From positions 33,525 through 97,524 of the forward strand of contig JAYZAL010000006.1 of assembly GCA_036339735.1 (NCBI GenBank): a stretch of DNA of 64,000 nucleotides, given 5' to 3'. The DNA comes from Candidatus Poribacteria bacterium. GTDB taxonomy: Bacteria > Poribacteria > WGA-4E > UBA9662. Within the stretch, counting starts at the first letter, position 1, and the number at the start of each line of letters is the position of its first letter. The position numbers and the translations under genes were made by a program. Positions 18,288 to 27,498 of this stretch are shown here, piece after piece. The notes below the pieces were generated by a model. That model did no database searches, was not told the origin of the DNA, and worked only from the letters and a program-made list of their open reading frames with translations.

Positions 18288-20327
18288 TTATGACTCTCGA
18301 CGAGTTAGGCTCGACAAATACTCAGAGATTTTATTAGCAATCTTTTCAGCATCTACATCAGCAAAATCGAATAATTCTTTCAGCATCGGTGATATAGCTC
18401 CAGTATCAAGTAGGTTGTTGGCCAACCGACCCATTGTGCTACGATTAACTCCATCCTTCTGCCCTTCACTACCCCCCATATCCAGAATCTTGATCGAGTC
18501 AATTTTTTCCACTGGCCGCATCAATTGTTCAACTATGTCAGCACTTCCATCAATTAATTCCATGATTGCTTCTTGGACTAGAACTCGCTGTTCGGCTACG
18601 TTCCGAGCCTCCATATGAGCCATTTCACCTTGAGCTTTAGCCGTGGCCTCAGCCAAAACCGCATCTGCTAACCGTTCAATAGGTTGCGCTTGAGCTTCTG
18701 CACCAATGACGGCTACTTCTCTTTGCCATTCCGCTTCTTTGGTTTGTTGGACTGCAATGACACCAATTTCGGCTTCGGCCTTACCGGCCTCCGCAACTAA
18801 CTGATTTTTTTGCGCATTGGCAGTATCAACTTGCTTACCTGCAACAGCAATATTTCGATCTTCATCAATTAGCTGAAGCGATAATTCTTGCCCAATTCGG
18901 GATTGCTCTACCTCTAAAACCTTGTCGATTTCAGTTAATTCAACCTGCCGGTTTTGGTTGATCTGAGCAGTTTCGATGACTAGGTTTTTCTCGATCTCAC
19001 GCTCTTGAACTGCTTGCTCTTGAGAGAATTTACTAGTTTCAACAGACAGAGCCTTTTCAATGTCTCTTAAAGCTACACCTTCTTCTTGACCAATTTTGGC
19101 TCGTTCAATCTCCAACAACTTACCTTGTTCTCGAATACCTACTTGCTCTTCCTGATCAAAACGCTGTATTTCAACAGTCAAGTCTTTTTCAATTTCAGCT
19201 ATTTGAACCGCCTTCATTTGTTCAATCTGTTCTGTTTCTACCATCAAGTTCTTTTCAATTTCTCTAATTTGAACAGTTTGCTCTTGTTCGACTTTAGCTA
19301 ATTCGACTTCTTTAATTTTTTCAATTTCGCGTTCTTCGATGGCTTGTTCTTGTGCTACTCGGGCCTTTTCAACCTCTTGCTTCATCAAAAACTCACGTTC
19401 TTGAACCTCCTGCTCCATCTCAAACTGAAATTTCATAGTGTCAGCTTCTCTTTCAGCAGCATATATGGCGATATTTTTCTGCTGATCAGATTCTGCCCAA
19501 GCCTGATCTTGCTCTGCTTCTAATTTTTGAATTCGCGCATCAACTATAATTTTTACGATTGCGACTTCTTTTTCTTGCTCAATTTGTTCTGTTTCTTTAG
19601 CTTGTTCAGCTGTGATTTCGGTAATAGTTCGAATGCCACGTGCATCGAATTGATTTTCTTCTTTATAAGTTTCAAGAGGGGTTTGATCAACCCGAATAAT
19701 CGAAACAGCTTCTAATTTGAGACCATTCTCATTTTTTAGGTTTTCACCAACAGCACGATCAACTTTTTCCGCGAATTCGACTCGTTTCTGTAACAGTTCG
19801 GTTATTTCACTTTCAGCGGCAACACTTCTCAACGCACCTTCCAGTTTCGGCTCAATCAGCTCTCGGATTGTTTCAGGAGTCATTGACTTGTCTCCTAGTG
19901 CTTGAGCTGCTCGAAGAATATCTTCTTCATTAGGTTCGACCTGTAGATAAAAAACTGCTTCTACATTGGCTCGGTTAAAGTCAAGTGTAATAAAAGCATC
20001 TTCACCTTCACGTAAAACCTCCAACACCATTGTGTTTAGAGAGATTTCTTTAACTTCGTGGATTATAGTATTCAGCCAAAGACCTGACGTTATGCTAATC
20101 TTTTCACCACCACCACCAGTTCGGACCAGAGACATGTCAGCTTTTGGCTTTTTGTAGCGAACTACAAAAGCCAAAAAGACACCACTCAGTACAAAAACCA
20201 ACACAAAGGATATTGACACCCAACGGGCAAGTCCCACCAAGTTGTACTGGTCTGTTTGTTGGTAAGCAAGAAAACCGACCAAAACAGCTACAACAAAAAG
20301 AGTTATGACAAGAACTATTAGCCGCAT
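18288..20327 (-). CDS. Flotillin/SPFH (YqiK-like) membrane protein with an extended coiled coil
   Basis: Two N-terminal TM segments; 'LVRTGGGG', 'AAQALG', 'ALRSVAA', 'NGLKLEAVSI' and 'PVEKIDSIKIL' flotillin motifs; AGGAG RBS. Confidence 0.88.
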   Translation of the reverse strand: MRLIVLVITLFVVAVLVGFLAYQQTDQYNLVGLARWVSISFVLVFVLSGVFLAFVVRYKKPKADMSLVRTGGGGEKISITSGLWLNTIIHEVKEISLNTMVLEVLREGEDAFITLDFNRANVEAVFYLQVEPNEEDILRAAQALGDKSMTPETIRELIEPKLEGALRSVAAESEITELLQKRVEFAEKVDRAVGENLKNENGLKLEAVSIIRVDQTPLETYKEENQFDARGIRTITEITAEQAKETEQIEQEKEVAIVKIIVDARIQKLEAEQDQAWAESDQQKNIAIYAAEREADTMKFQFEMEQEVQEREFLMKQEVEKARVAQEQAIEEREIEKIKEVELAKVEQEQTVQIREIEKNLMVETEQIEQMKAVQIAEIEKDLTVEIQRFDQEEQVGIREQGKLLEIERAKIGQEEGVALRDIEKALSVETSKFSQEQAVQEREIEKNLVIETAQINQNRQVELTEIDKVLEVEQSRIGQELSLQLIDEDRNIAVAGKQVDTANAQKNQLVAEAGKAEAEIGVIAVQQTKEAEWQREVAVIGAEAQAQPIERLADAVLAEATAKAQGEMAHMEARNVAEQRVLVQEAIMELIDGSADIVEQLMRPVEKIDSIKILDMGGSEGQKDGVNRSTMGRLANNLLDTGAISPMLKELFDFADVDAEKIANKISEYLSSLTRRES
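18825..19418 (-). repeat. About 9 tandem 22-aa (66-nt) coiled-coil repeats in the flotillin
   Basis: QEQAIEEREIEKIKEVELAKVE, QEQTVQIREIEKNLMVETEQIE, QEQAVQEREIEKNLVIETAQIN and similar units in register. Confidence 0.75.
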
Positions 20328-20358
20328 AGGTTGCTCCTAAAGAAATAGGGAAATACTT

Positions 20359-21774
20359 TCAAAAACGCGATTTCCGCCAATCAGCTCCCTTGTTAAGACG
20401 ATATCTACCTTTCAATGGTTGTCGTGGTGAAGACTGCCAAGCCAAGTTGGCCAAATAACAGAGGGCATTCTCAATCAAGGTTTTTGCCAGAGTGGCTTTG
20501 GCTGCATCCCGAGTGTCAATGGCAAAAGCTACATAATGTCCATCACCCCATCCCAACTGGATGCCAACAGCATCTTGATTGTCTCGACGAACAGCTAACT
20601 TAGTGTAAGCGGGGTCATCTGTTACCCAGTGATCATCAGTAATTAGGGCATTCACATCAACTTTATTCGGCCAAGTAAACAAGCCTGTTCTTTTTCCATC
20701 TTCCGTGATATTAACATTGATATCAGAGGAACTGACAACCTTGATTGGATACTGATCGACTGGTAACCAGTTGCCTTTCCACGAGGACTCATGGGTATGA
20801 ACACCATCGGGGGGGACGATATTGTCATCCATCGCTGAAGCCCAAACGACTCCGCCTTTTTGAACGAAATCTTTGATATCTTCTTCTGCATCTTCGACTA
20901 AATACTGGCCATCGTGGGCAGGAGCATTCCAAGTAAACCATACGATATCGTATTCCGAAAGCAAAACACTGGAAAGTTTAACCGCATTATCAGGGTTGCC
21001 ATAGTTGTCTGGGTTTGAGTTAATATGTACGGTTTGGTAATCGAATTTGTGCCCTTCAATATCAGTTAACGCCTCTAAAATTGCAGGTTCATTTGTTCGA
21101 CTATCACCAACGACAACTAGTACTTGAAAAGCCCCTACTGGTACAATTTTCATAGATGAAATGGAGTTAGAAAAGGATTGGGGTGCCATGTTCAAGTTTC
21201 TTAGCTCTAGTTTATATTCGCGACTGTTAAGGGGCAGAACCATACGTCTACCTTCAAAATTCGGATGCTCATAGCAAACGGCACGACAACCACTGAAGGG
21301 AAAGTTAGGGCCCCTTTGAATTCGAATCGAGGAAATAGAATTGTTGATCCCAATATCCTTTAGGTCGCTCACATCTCGTAAAATAACAGCTTTCTGACCT
21401 CGGTAATCAGCCTCGCCGTACACTTCGATAATCATAGGGATAGCCCCGTATTCGGGCGGCGTGGGGTGTGCTGCTGGGCTGAAACTGACCGAAGAAATTA
21501 CATCTCCAAAATTATACGGGATTTGATGGATATTGGGGTAGTACCCAGGCGCTAAAACTAATCTTCGGCCGACATAATTGATATGTTCGTGAAATATAGC
21601 TTTATAGTTGGGAGCAGCCGAAAAGGCTGGTCCTTTATAGATCTTAATTGACGAAATTAAGTCTTGTGCACCGATGTCTTCTGTATTCGGAACTGAGTCA
21701 AGAATGGTGACTTTACGGCCATTGTAGTTAACATGTTGAAACACCTCAATGACTAGTCGTGGAGAAAGAGCCAT
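20359..21774 (-). CDS. Beta/gamma-crystallin domain protein with a C-terminal alpha/beta (GATase/ThuA-like) domain
   Basis: Four (F/Y/H)-x-H/A-x-N/D-Y/F-x-G Greek-key motifs, each followed by D/N-x-ISS; 'LSEYDIVWF...IKDFVQKGG' GATase-like signature; no signal peptide. Confidence 0.75.
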   Translation of the reverse strand: MALSPRLVIEVFQHVNYNGRKVTILDSVPNTEDIGAQDLISSIKIYKGPAFSAAPNYKAIFHEHINYVGRRLVLAPGYYPNIHQIPYNFGDVISSVSFSPAAHPTPPEYGAIPMIIEVYGEADYRGQKAVILRDVSDLKDIGINNSISSIRIQRGPNFPFSGCRAVCYEHPNFEGRRMVLPLNSREYKLELRNLNMAPQSFSNSISSMKIVPVGAFQVLVVVGDSRTNEPAILEALTDIEGHKFDYQTVHINSNPDNYGNPDNAVKLSSVLLSEYDIVWFTWNAPAHDGQYLVEDAEEDIKDFVQKGGVVWASAMDDNIVPPDGVHTHESSWKGNWLPVDQYPIKVVSSSDINVNITEDGKRTGLFTWPNKVDVNALITDDHWVTDDPAYTKLAVRRDNQDAVGIQLGWGDGHYVAFAIDTRDAAKATLAKTLIENALCYLANLAWQSSPRQPLKGRYRLNKGADWRKSRF

Positions 21775-21778
21775 AAGG

Positions 21779-23170
21779 TCAGTTGATATCTCTTAGGGCT
21801 CGGGTAGCCAAATCAGCGCGCCGGGACTGAAATTCTCTATCCGAGACTCGCCCTCCTCGCATCACATTTGTTTGGTGGTACATGAATTCCGTTGCATCCA
21901 TTTTTCTCTTAAAAAGACGAAAATACTCAAACCGTGTCAGGGTAGGAGGTATGTTACCCGGGCATAATGTGTGCATTCCAATCTGAACAGGATTTCCCAT
22001 TCCAACGTTGGTTTGACCGCAACTGACCCATTTAGTACCATCTGAGCTTGCATAACCCAAGAATTGATTGCCGCGCCTCTCGAGCCTAAGATAGAGCTCA
22101 CGTACATTACGTAAGCCAGGGCCACGGCCTACTAATGAGTATTGCCGATTAACATGTCTTTCAAACCGAACATCTCCCCTAAAACCATGCGGTCCTGATG
22201 TTTTTTCTAACCGAACAAAAGCGTTAGGGCTTTTCCATACTACAAGTCCACCATGCTCACGCAAATCTGGAGAGACTCGAAGACGGCACTCGATAGCAAA
22301 ATCGCCCTCCACCTCCATCAACAAACGAGGTGCATCCATGTCGCCACCCTGACCAGGTGGTGAACCATGCCATAAATCTTGGCCTGGTTCTGCACGCATT
22401 TCTAGGTAGCCTTGCCTCTCAGACCAGGATCCACCACCACCGGGATCTACCCATTTCCATTCAGGCCGCATGTCATTACCGATGAACTCATCATCGAATA
22501 CCAGTTCGGTAAATTCAGAAGAAGATGACCACCCCTCAATCTTAACCGAAGATATCATATCAGCAAAATTTTGGGGTAAAACATGAAGGTTTGGAATTTC
22601 TTTTTTATACTCAGAAGGTTCCATTCTTATGCTAAGCTTGGCTCCTTCAAAGTCAATATGTTCAAAGAAGTGGATATCGGTTCCATAAGAAGGGAAGTCA
22701 GGACCTTTAAAGATTTTGATCGAAGAAATGCTATCATGGATTCCAAGATCTCCAGTATGGGCAATATCTCGCAGGATTGTTATCTTACGCCCCCCGTAAT
22801 CAACATGTTCATAACACTCGACAACAACAGGAACAGTTCCCCATTCTGGGCCAGTTGTTTCTAGCATTGAACCAAAACTAATTGAGGAAATACTGTCTGG
22901 GAAATTGTAAATAACATCATGTAAATTAGGATAGAAACCTGGGCCTAAAGCCAACTTCTTACCTTGAAAACCACGATGTTGATGAAAAATAGCTTTATAG
23001 TTAGGGCTGGACCGAAACCCAGGCCCTTTATAAACTTTGACAGAAGAGATATTGTCTTGAAACCCAATTAGCGTTGTAAATTCCACGGGCTCAAAAACAC
23101 AAGCGCGTCGGCCACCGAAATTAACATGTTCAAAAACTTCAGCAATGAGTCGAGGAATTACGGCCGGCAT
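21779..23170 (-). CDS. Beta/gamma-crystallin domain protein with a C-terminal ConA-like (DUF1349/beta-xylosidase C-terminal-like) domain
   Basis: FEHVNFGG, HQHRGFQG, YEHVDYGG and FEHIDFEG with DNISS/DSISS/DMISS; 'APRLL..VEGDF' and 'LRLERRGNQFLGYASSDGTKW'. Confidence 0.8.
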   Translation of the reverse strand: MPAVIPRLIAEVFEHVNFGGRRACVFEPVEFTTLIGFQDNISSVKVYKGPGFRSSPNYKAIFHQHRGFQGKKLALGPGFYPNLHDVIYNFPDSISSISFGSMLETTGPEWGTVPVVVECYEHVDYGGRKITILRDIAHTGDLGIHDSISSIKIFKGPDFPSYGTDIHFFEHIDFEGAKLSIRMEPSEYKKEIPNLHVLPQNFADMISSVKIEGWSSSSEFTELVFDDEFIGNDMRPEWKWVDPGGGGSWSERQGYLEMRAEPGQDLWHGSPPGQGGDMDAPRLLMEVEGDFAIECRLRVSPDLREHGGLVVWKSPNAFVRLEKTSGPHGFRGDVRFERHVNRQYSLVGRGPGLRNVRELYLRLERRGNQFLGYASSDGTKWVSCGQTNVGMGNPVQIGMHTLCPGNIPPTLTRFEYFRLFKRKMDATEFMYHQTNVMRGGRVSDREFQSRRADLATRALRDIN

Positions 23171-23202
23171 TTGTACCTTTTAGGACAATCAGAATCATGC
23201 CA

Positions 23203-23231
23203 ATCCTATCATTTTACCCCTCAAATGTCAA
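23203..23231 (-). promoter_or_regulatory. Sigma70 promoter of the crystallin-flotillin operon
   Basis: TTGACA, 17 bp spacer, TAGGAT with extended -10 TG, on the minus strand. Confidence 0.65.
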
Positions 23232-23307
23232 GCTACAACTCGGTTGCGCTAATACCACGCCACCTGACAAAATCATCGTTTGATTCGAGATTTCCCTTTG
23301 ATCTGTT

Positions 23308-24222
23308 TCATTCCAAAGCTTGGAGTTTGCGGAAAAAGTCCCGAAATATAGGATCCCTATGAACATGAGTCACCACACGAAGAAAATGTCGTCGGCGATC
23401 AACACTAAATGTGACTTGATCAGTCAAGATTGGGCTGTGTACAAGTTCTGTTTCTAACCAAGAGGGATCAATTAAGTAAGCCACTGCAGACATGTCCCAA
23501 ATCACTTTTGACCAAGCAAAGTGATCATTGGAATAGGCTTTGAAAATTTCGGTCAGATAGTCTCCAATTTCTCCCTTTCCCTTCACGTAGTATTCAATTT
23601 CAGCCACTGTGGTTTGTAGGTGTGATGCTACACCTTGACAGGGGATTTGAATCAGTGGGACCCCACAATCAAAAATTAATTGCGACGACGATAGGTCTTG
23701 CGCCAAGTTGAACTCACGACTGTGCCGATGATGGTGTGGTTGCCCACCAAGCCAAACCACTACAATCTTTTCCATGATCTTTGGTTCCAACAAGATTGCC
23801 GAAGCTATATTACTAACTGCACCAATTGCTACCACGTACAAAATATCATCTGACTCTAAAGCTAAGCTAATTAAATGTTCTGTTACTGGACTTGCCTCGG
23901 GTTTTTCCCAGTCAGATAAGAATTTGGTTGAGCCTTTAAAAACAAGGCCTTCAGGGGCAATATTAAGCCTTGATAAGAGGCGTAATATTTCTTGGTGACT
24001 CTTCTCCATTCCGTCCCCAGCATCATGTGAATTGCTGTTATGGAACGGAGCCGCATAGATCCCCGCAACATCAAAACTGTCTGGGGACATAAGCGCTTGC
24101 ACAACCGCAAACTGATCATCAATTTCGTTGTAAGTGTCGGTGTCGAGTACCATTTGGACTTTGCCCTTGGGAGGAGCTAGCCGCTCAAGTAAAGTGGGAA
24201 CTGATAGCTGTGGGAAAATCAT
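23308..24222 (-). CDS. Nucleoside hydrolase (IU-NH family)
   Basis: DTDTYNEIDDQFA Asp-rich motif; WLGG, EFN and IWD motifs. Confidence 0.85.
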   Translation of the reverse strand: MIFPQLSVPTLLERLAPPKGKVQMVLDTDTYNEIDDQFAVVQALMSPDSFDVAGIYAAPFHNSNSHDAGDGMEKSHQEILRLLSRLNIAPEGLVFKGSTKFLSDWEKPEASPVTEHLISLALESDDILYVVAIGAVSNIASAILLEPKIMEKIVVVWLGGQPHHHRHSREFNLAQDLSSSQLIFDCGVPLIQIPCQGVASHLQTTVAEIEYYVKGKGEIGDYLTEIFKAYSNDHFAWSKVIWDMSAVAYLIDPSWLETELVHSPILTDQVTFSVDRRRHFLRVVTHVHRDPIFRDFFRKLQALE

Positions 24223-24240
24223 ATTTGATCCTTTTGAAAA

Positions 24241-25494
24241 CTAGAAGGGAGATAAGTTGCCATTACTATCGAAGTCTAACGGTTCTGGTTCACTAAGAAT
24301 CTCCAGAGATGACATTAGCTGTGCCGACTCCAATAGTGATTCTGAAATATGTATTTGGCTTAGTTTTAAAGTGCTTTCAATCCGTACAATCCTTGCATCT
24401 TCTGGTGGTCTTAACCCAATAGTATCGAGTGCCACAGTGATCGCTTCTCGGTCGGTATCAAAATGGAACGGAATTCGAGACTTTTGTGGTCCCAAAGACG
24501 TGATACAATTCATGTAGGTAGCTTCCTTATCAAACTTATCAACCAGACGCTTAGTGGTGAAATCTGCTAGACCGATTCCCGTCGCATTCCCCGCACTTTC
24601 TCCTGTTAAGTCGCAGACTAGAATACGTAGATAAGAAGGCTTCTCCGGTTCGGGTTCAAAATTTTGCATATAACGACCGATGACATTAGTATCCATACCA
24701 GTTCCACTAATATTTTTACCCATCCAATCAACAATCAGTAAATCAAGAGTGTCAAAAGGTAATTTAGCAGAGATCTCTTTAGAATGAGCCAATAGTTTTT
24801 GTTCAGTTGAAAGTATATCTGTGGCTGGAATGGCTTTTGCCAAGGCTGTTTCGCCATATGCATTTTCTACTAAAGCAAACCCAAAAGGTACCTTACCAGA
24901 ATCAATCAATAAAGCGGCGGAGGTTCGAATCACATGCTCAAAACCGTAACTGAAAAAGGCACGATGATACATGTTAGCCCCTCGCTGTTTGCCAACACCA
25001 ATAGCAAGCATTTTCATGATCCCACTTTCAATAGAGCCATTGAAATCGGTATGAGACTTAACTCGATTAACTGGTACTACGTGGTCAGCATCCGCCGCAT
25101 GCTGGTCTAAAAAAACAGGTAACCCATCAGCAGTTTCTCCCATTATTTTTGTATCCATCGTTGATTTGATTGGAACACCCATCGTTTGCTCGGAAATGCC
25201 ATAATGGTGTAAAACTTCGGTTTGCCCTTCCGGTGTAGCCCCACCATGGCTCCCCATGGCCGGGAAAATAAATGGTCTGGCGCCAAGATCTTTCAGAAAT
25301 TCAACTATAGCTTTGATTGTGGCTGCGATATTAGCTACCCCGCGACTGCCAGCTCCTACCGCTACGGTATCGCCACTTTTAATTATTGATTCAACCCCAA
25401 TACTTACGAGCTCTGACTGAACGGCTTCTCGAACATCGTCAAAAAAAGCCCGTGGAAAGAGTTGTTTTACGCGTACCATTTTGGGTAGAGACAT
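24241..25494 (-). CDS. Lactate racemase N-terminal domain (LarA-like/DUF2088) protein
   Basis: GSRGVANI, PAMGSHGGAT, NRVKSHTDF and GKNISGTGMDTNVIGR motifs. Confidence 0.75.
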   Translation of the reverse strand: MSLPKMVRVKQLFPRAFFDDVREAVQSELVSIGVESIIKSGDTVAVGAGSRGVANIAATIKAIVEFLKDLGARPFIFPAMGSHGGATPEGQTEVLHHYGISEQTMGVPIKSTMDTKIMGETADGLPVFLDQHAADADHVVPVNRVKSHTDFNGSIESGIMKMLAIGVGKQRGANMYHRAFFSYGFEHVIRTSAALLIDSGKVPFGFALVENAYGETALAKAIPATDILSTEQKLLAHSKEISAKLPFDTLDLLIVDWMGKNISGTGMDTNVIGRYMQNFEPEPEKPSYLRILVCDLTGESAGNATGIGLADFTTKRLVDKFDKEATYMNCITSLGPQKSRIPFHFDTDREAITVALDTIGLRPPEDARIVRIESTLKLSQIHISESLLESAQLMSSLEILSEPEPLDFDSNGNLSPF

Positions 25495-25588
25495 TCCTTC
25501 TCCTTTTACTCACAGTTCGTTTTTTCTGTCAATTTCGTTATCTTAGCAAATCGACATAATGATTGCAACATCCGTATAACTCTACATC

Positions 25589-25617
25589 TTGCACCTATTG
25601 GGTTGCTGTGCTACAAT
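25589..25617 (+). promoter_or_regulatory. Sigma70 promoter
   Basis: TTGCAC, 17 bp spacer, TACAAT with extended -10 TG. Confidence 0.6.
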
Positions 25618-25695
25618 AGGGGGCCGTTTTTTTTGACACTGTAGTAGAAAGATACTAAGATTTAACCGTCATGACAAACATGCTTGGAGCAGTCG

Positions 25696-26466
25696 ATGAA
25701 ACTGGGATTAGTTACGTACAACATGGCCAAAGATTGGGATATCCCCACTATTATCAATAACTGTACTGAAACAGGATTTGAGGGAGTCGAACTAAGGACT
25801 ACTCACGCACACAAAGTCGAGGTCAGCTTATCACAAACCGAACGGTCAGAAGTAGCCAAAATGTTTGCTGACTCGGCAGTGGAATTAGCCGGCTTGGGGT
25901 CAGCCTTTGACTACCACTCGTCTGACATTGATGTTGTGCGTCAGAATATCGAGGGTACGAAAGAATATACAAAGTTAGCTGCTGACGTGGGTGCACCTGG
26001 TGTCAAGGTCCGTCCCAATGGTTTCCCAGACGGAGTTTCAGAAGACGCGACGATAGAACAAATTGGTCTATCGCTACGGGAATGCGGTGAGTTTGCAAGT
26101 GACTATGGCGTCGAAATTCGCCTGGAAGTGCACGGGAAAGGGACATCCGAGCTGCGCCACATTCGTAAAATGATGGAAATTGCTGACCACGACAATGTGC
26201 TCGTGTGCTGGAATTCAAACTTTGGAGAAGTAGAAAATAACTCAATTAAAAACCCGTTCAGCTTAGTTCAAAATAAGATTGGATTAGTTCACATTACTGA
26301 GTTGCATCGGACAGAATACCCTTGGCGGGAGCTCTTTTCAGAATTGAAGGCAATTGGATATAAAGGCTTCACCTTAGCCGAGATTGCCGGAAGTGATAAC
26401 GATATCGACGCAGTCCGGATAATGAATTTCTATCGAGCCTTGTGGAACGAGTTAAACCGACCGTAG
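25696..26466 (+). CDS. Sugar phosphate isomerase/epimerase (xylose isomerase-like TIM barrel)
   Basis: GFEGVELR, IRLEVHG, LVHI and YKGFTLAE motifs; GGAG RBS before ATG 25696. Confidence 0.8.
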   Translation: MKLGLVTYNMAKDWDIPTIINNCTETGFEGVELRTTHAHKVEVSLSQTERSEVAKMFADSAVELAGLGSAFDYHSSDIDVVRQNIEGTKEYTKLAADVGAPGVKVRPNGFPDGVSEDATIEQIGLSLRECGEFASDYGVEIRLEVHGKGTSELRHIRKMMEIADHDNVLVCWNSNFGEVENNSIKNPFSLVQNKIGLVHITELHRTEYPWRELFSELKAIGYKGFTLAEIAGSDNDIDAVRIMNFYRALWNELNRP

Positions 26467-26506
26467 GCTAGTCCGGTTACCGAAAGAGGCTGGATCAGGA
26501 GTTGTT

Positions 26507-27493
26507 ATGTCAAATCTCACCTTTGAGCAAATCAGCCAGCCAATTACCCAAGACCTTCAAGCCATAGAACAAATTCTGCTTGATGAAACAGCTATCCAGT
26601 ATGAGTTTGTGGACCAAGCGGTGCGCCACGTTGTGGAGGGTGGAGGGAAACGGCTACGACCAATTTTACTGGTATTATCTTCTCAGTCCTGTGGATACGC
26701 TGGTACAGACGGTCACATTTTAGCAGCCTGTGTGGAACTGATTCACGTTGCGTCTCTGGTGCACGACGACGTCTTGGATGAAGCACCAATCCGTCGTGGG
26801 CGATCTACTTTACACTCTAAGTGGGGTAACAAAGTCGCCGTTTTAGTTGGAGATTATCTACATGCTCGCGTACTAAATATGTTGGTTAGCCGAAAGTCTG
26901 ATGATCCTGCCCTTGCTATACTATCGGATGCCGCTCAGGCTATGTGCGAAGGTGAAGTAATCCATGCTTATAAAAACGGAGATTTCGAAATTTCTTCGTC
27001 TGACTACTTAGAAATTGTGGCCCTCAAAACGGGTCGTTTAATCTCAGCCTCCTGTCGAATGGGGGTTGCCATTGCGACTGAGGACGCTGACCAAATTAGG
27101 GCAATATCTGATTATGGTGAATCGATTGGCGTTGCTTTTCAAATCATAGATGACCTGCTTGATTTTACTGCTGAATCAGGTAAATTCGGAAAGCGGCCCT
27201 TCAACGATTTGAGAGAAGGTAAACTAACTTTCCCCATGATTTATGCCCGTCAACAATGTACACCAGAAGAGCGAGAGAAACTGGAAGTGATATTCAATAC
27301 CGAGTTTGAAGAAGATCGAACGATGAATTGGATCAACCATCTCATCAGTCGCTACCGAGTAGAAGAATATTGTCTAAAAATTGCACAAGACCATGCGAAT
27401 CGAGCTAAGTTAGCCTTGAAAGTTCTCCCACCAACACCAGCGCGCACTGCTTTGGAGCAGTTGGCCGATTACACTGTGTCCCGAGACTGGTAA
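26507..27493 (+). CDS. Polyprenyl diphosphate synthase
   Basis: GGKRLRP, LVHDDVLD...RRG and FQIIDDLLD motifs. Confidence 0.92.
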   Translation: MSNLTFEQISQPITQDLQAIEQILLDETAIQYEFVDQAVRHVVEGGGKRLRPILLVLSSQSCGYAGTDGHILAACVELIHVASLVHDDVLDEAPIRRGRSTLHSKWGNKVAVLVGDYLHARVLNMLVSRKSDDPALAILSDAAQAMCEGEVIHAYKNGDFEISSSDYLEIVALKTGRLISASCRMGVAIATEDADQIRAISDYGESIGVAFQIIDDLLDFTAESGKFGKRPFNDLREGKLTFPMIYARQQCTPEEREKLEVIFNTEFEEDRTMNWINHLISRYRVEEYCLKIAQDHANRAKLALKVLPPTPARTALEQLADYTVSRDW

Positions 27494-27498
27494 ACCCA

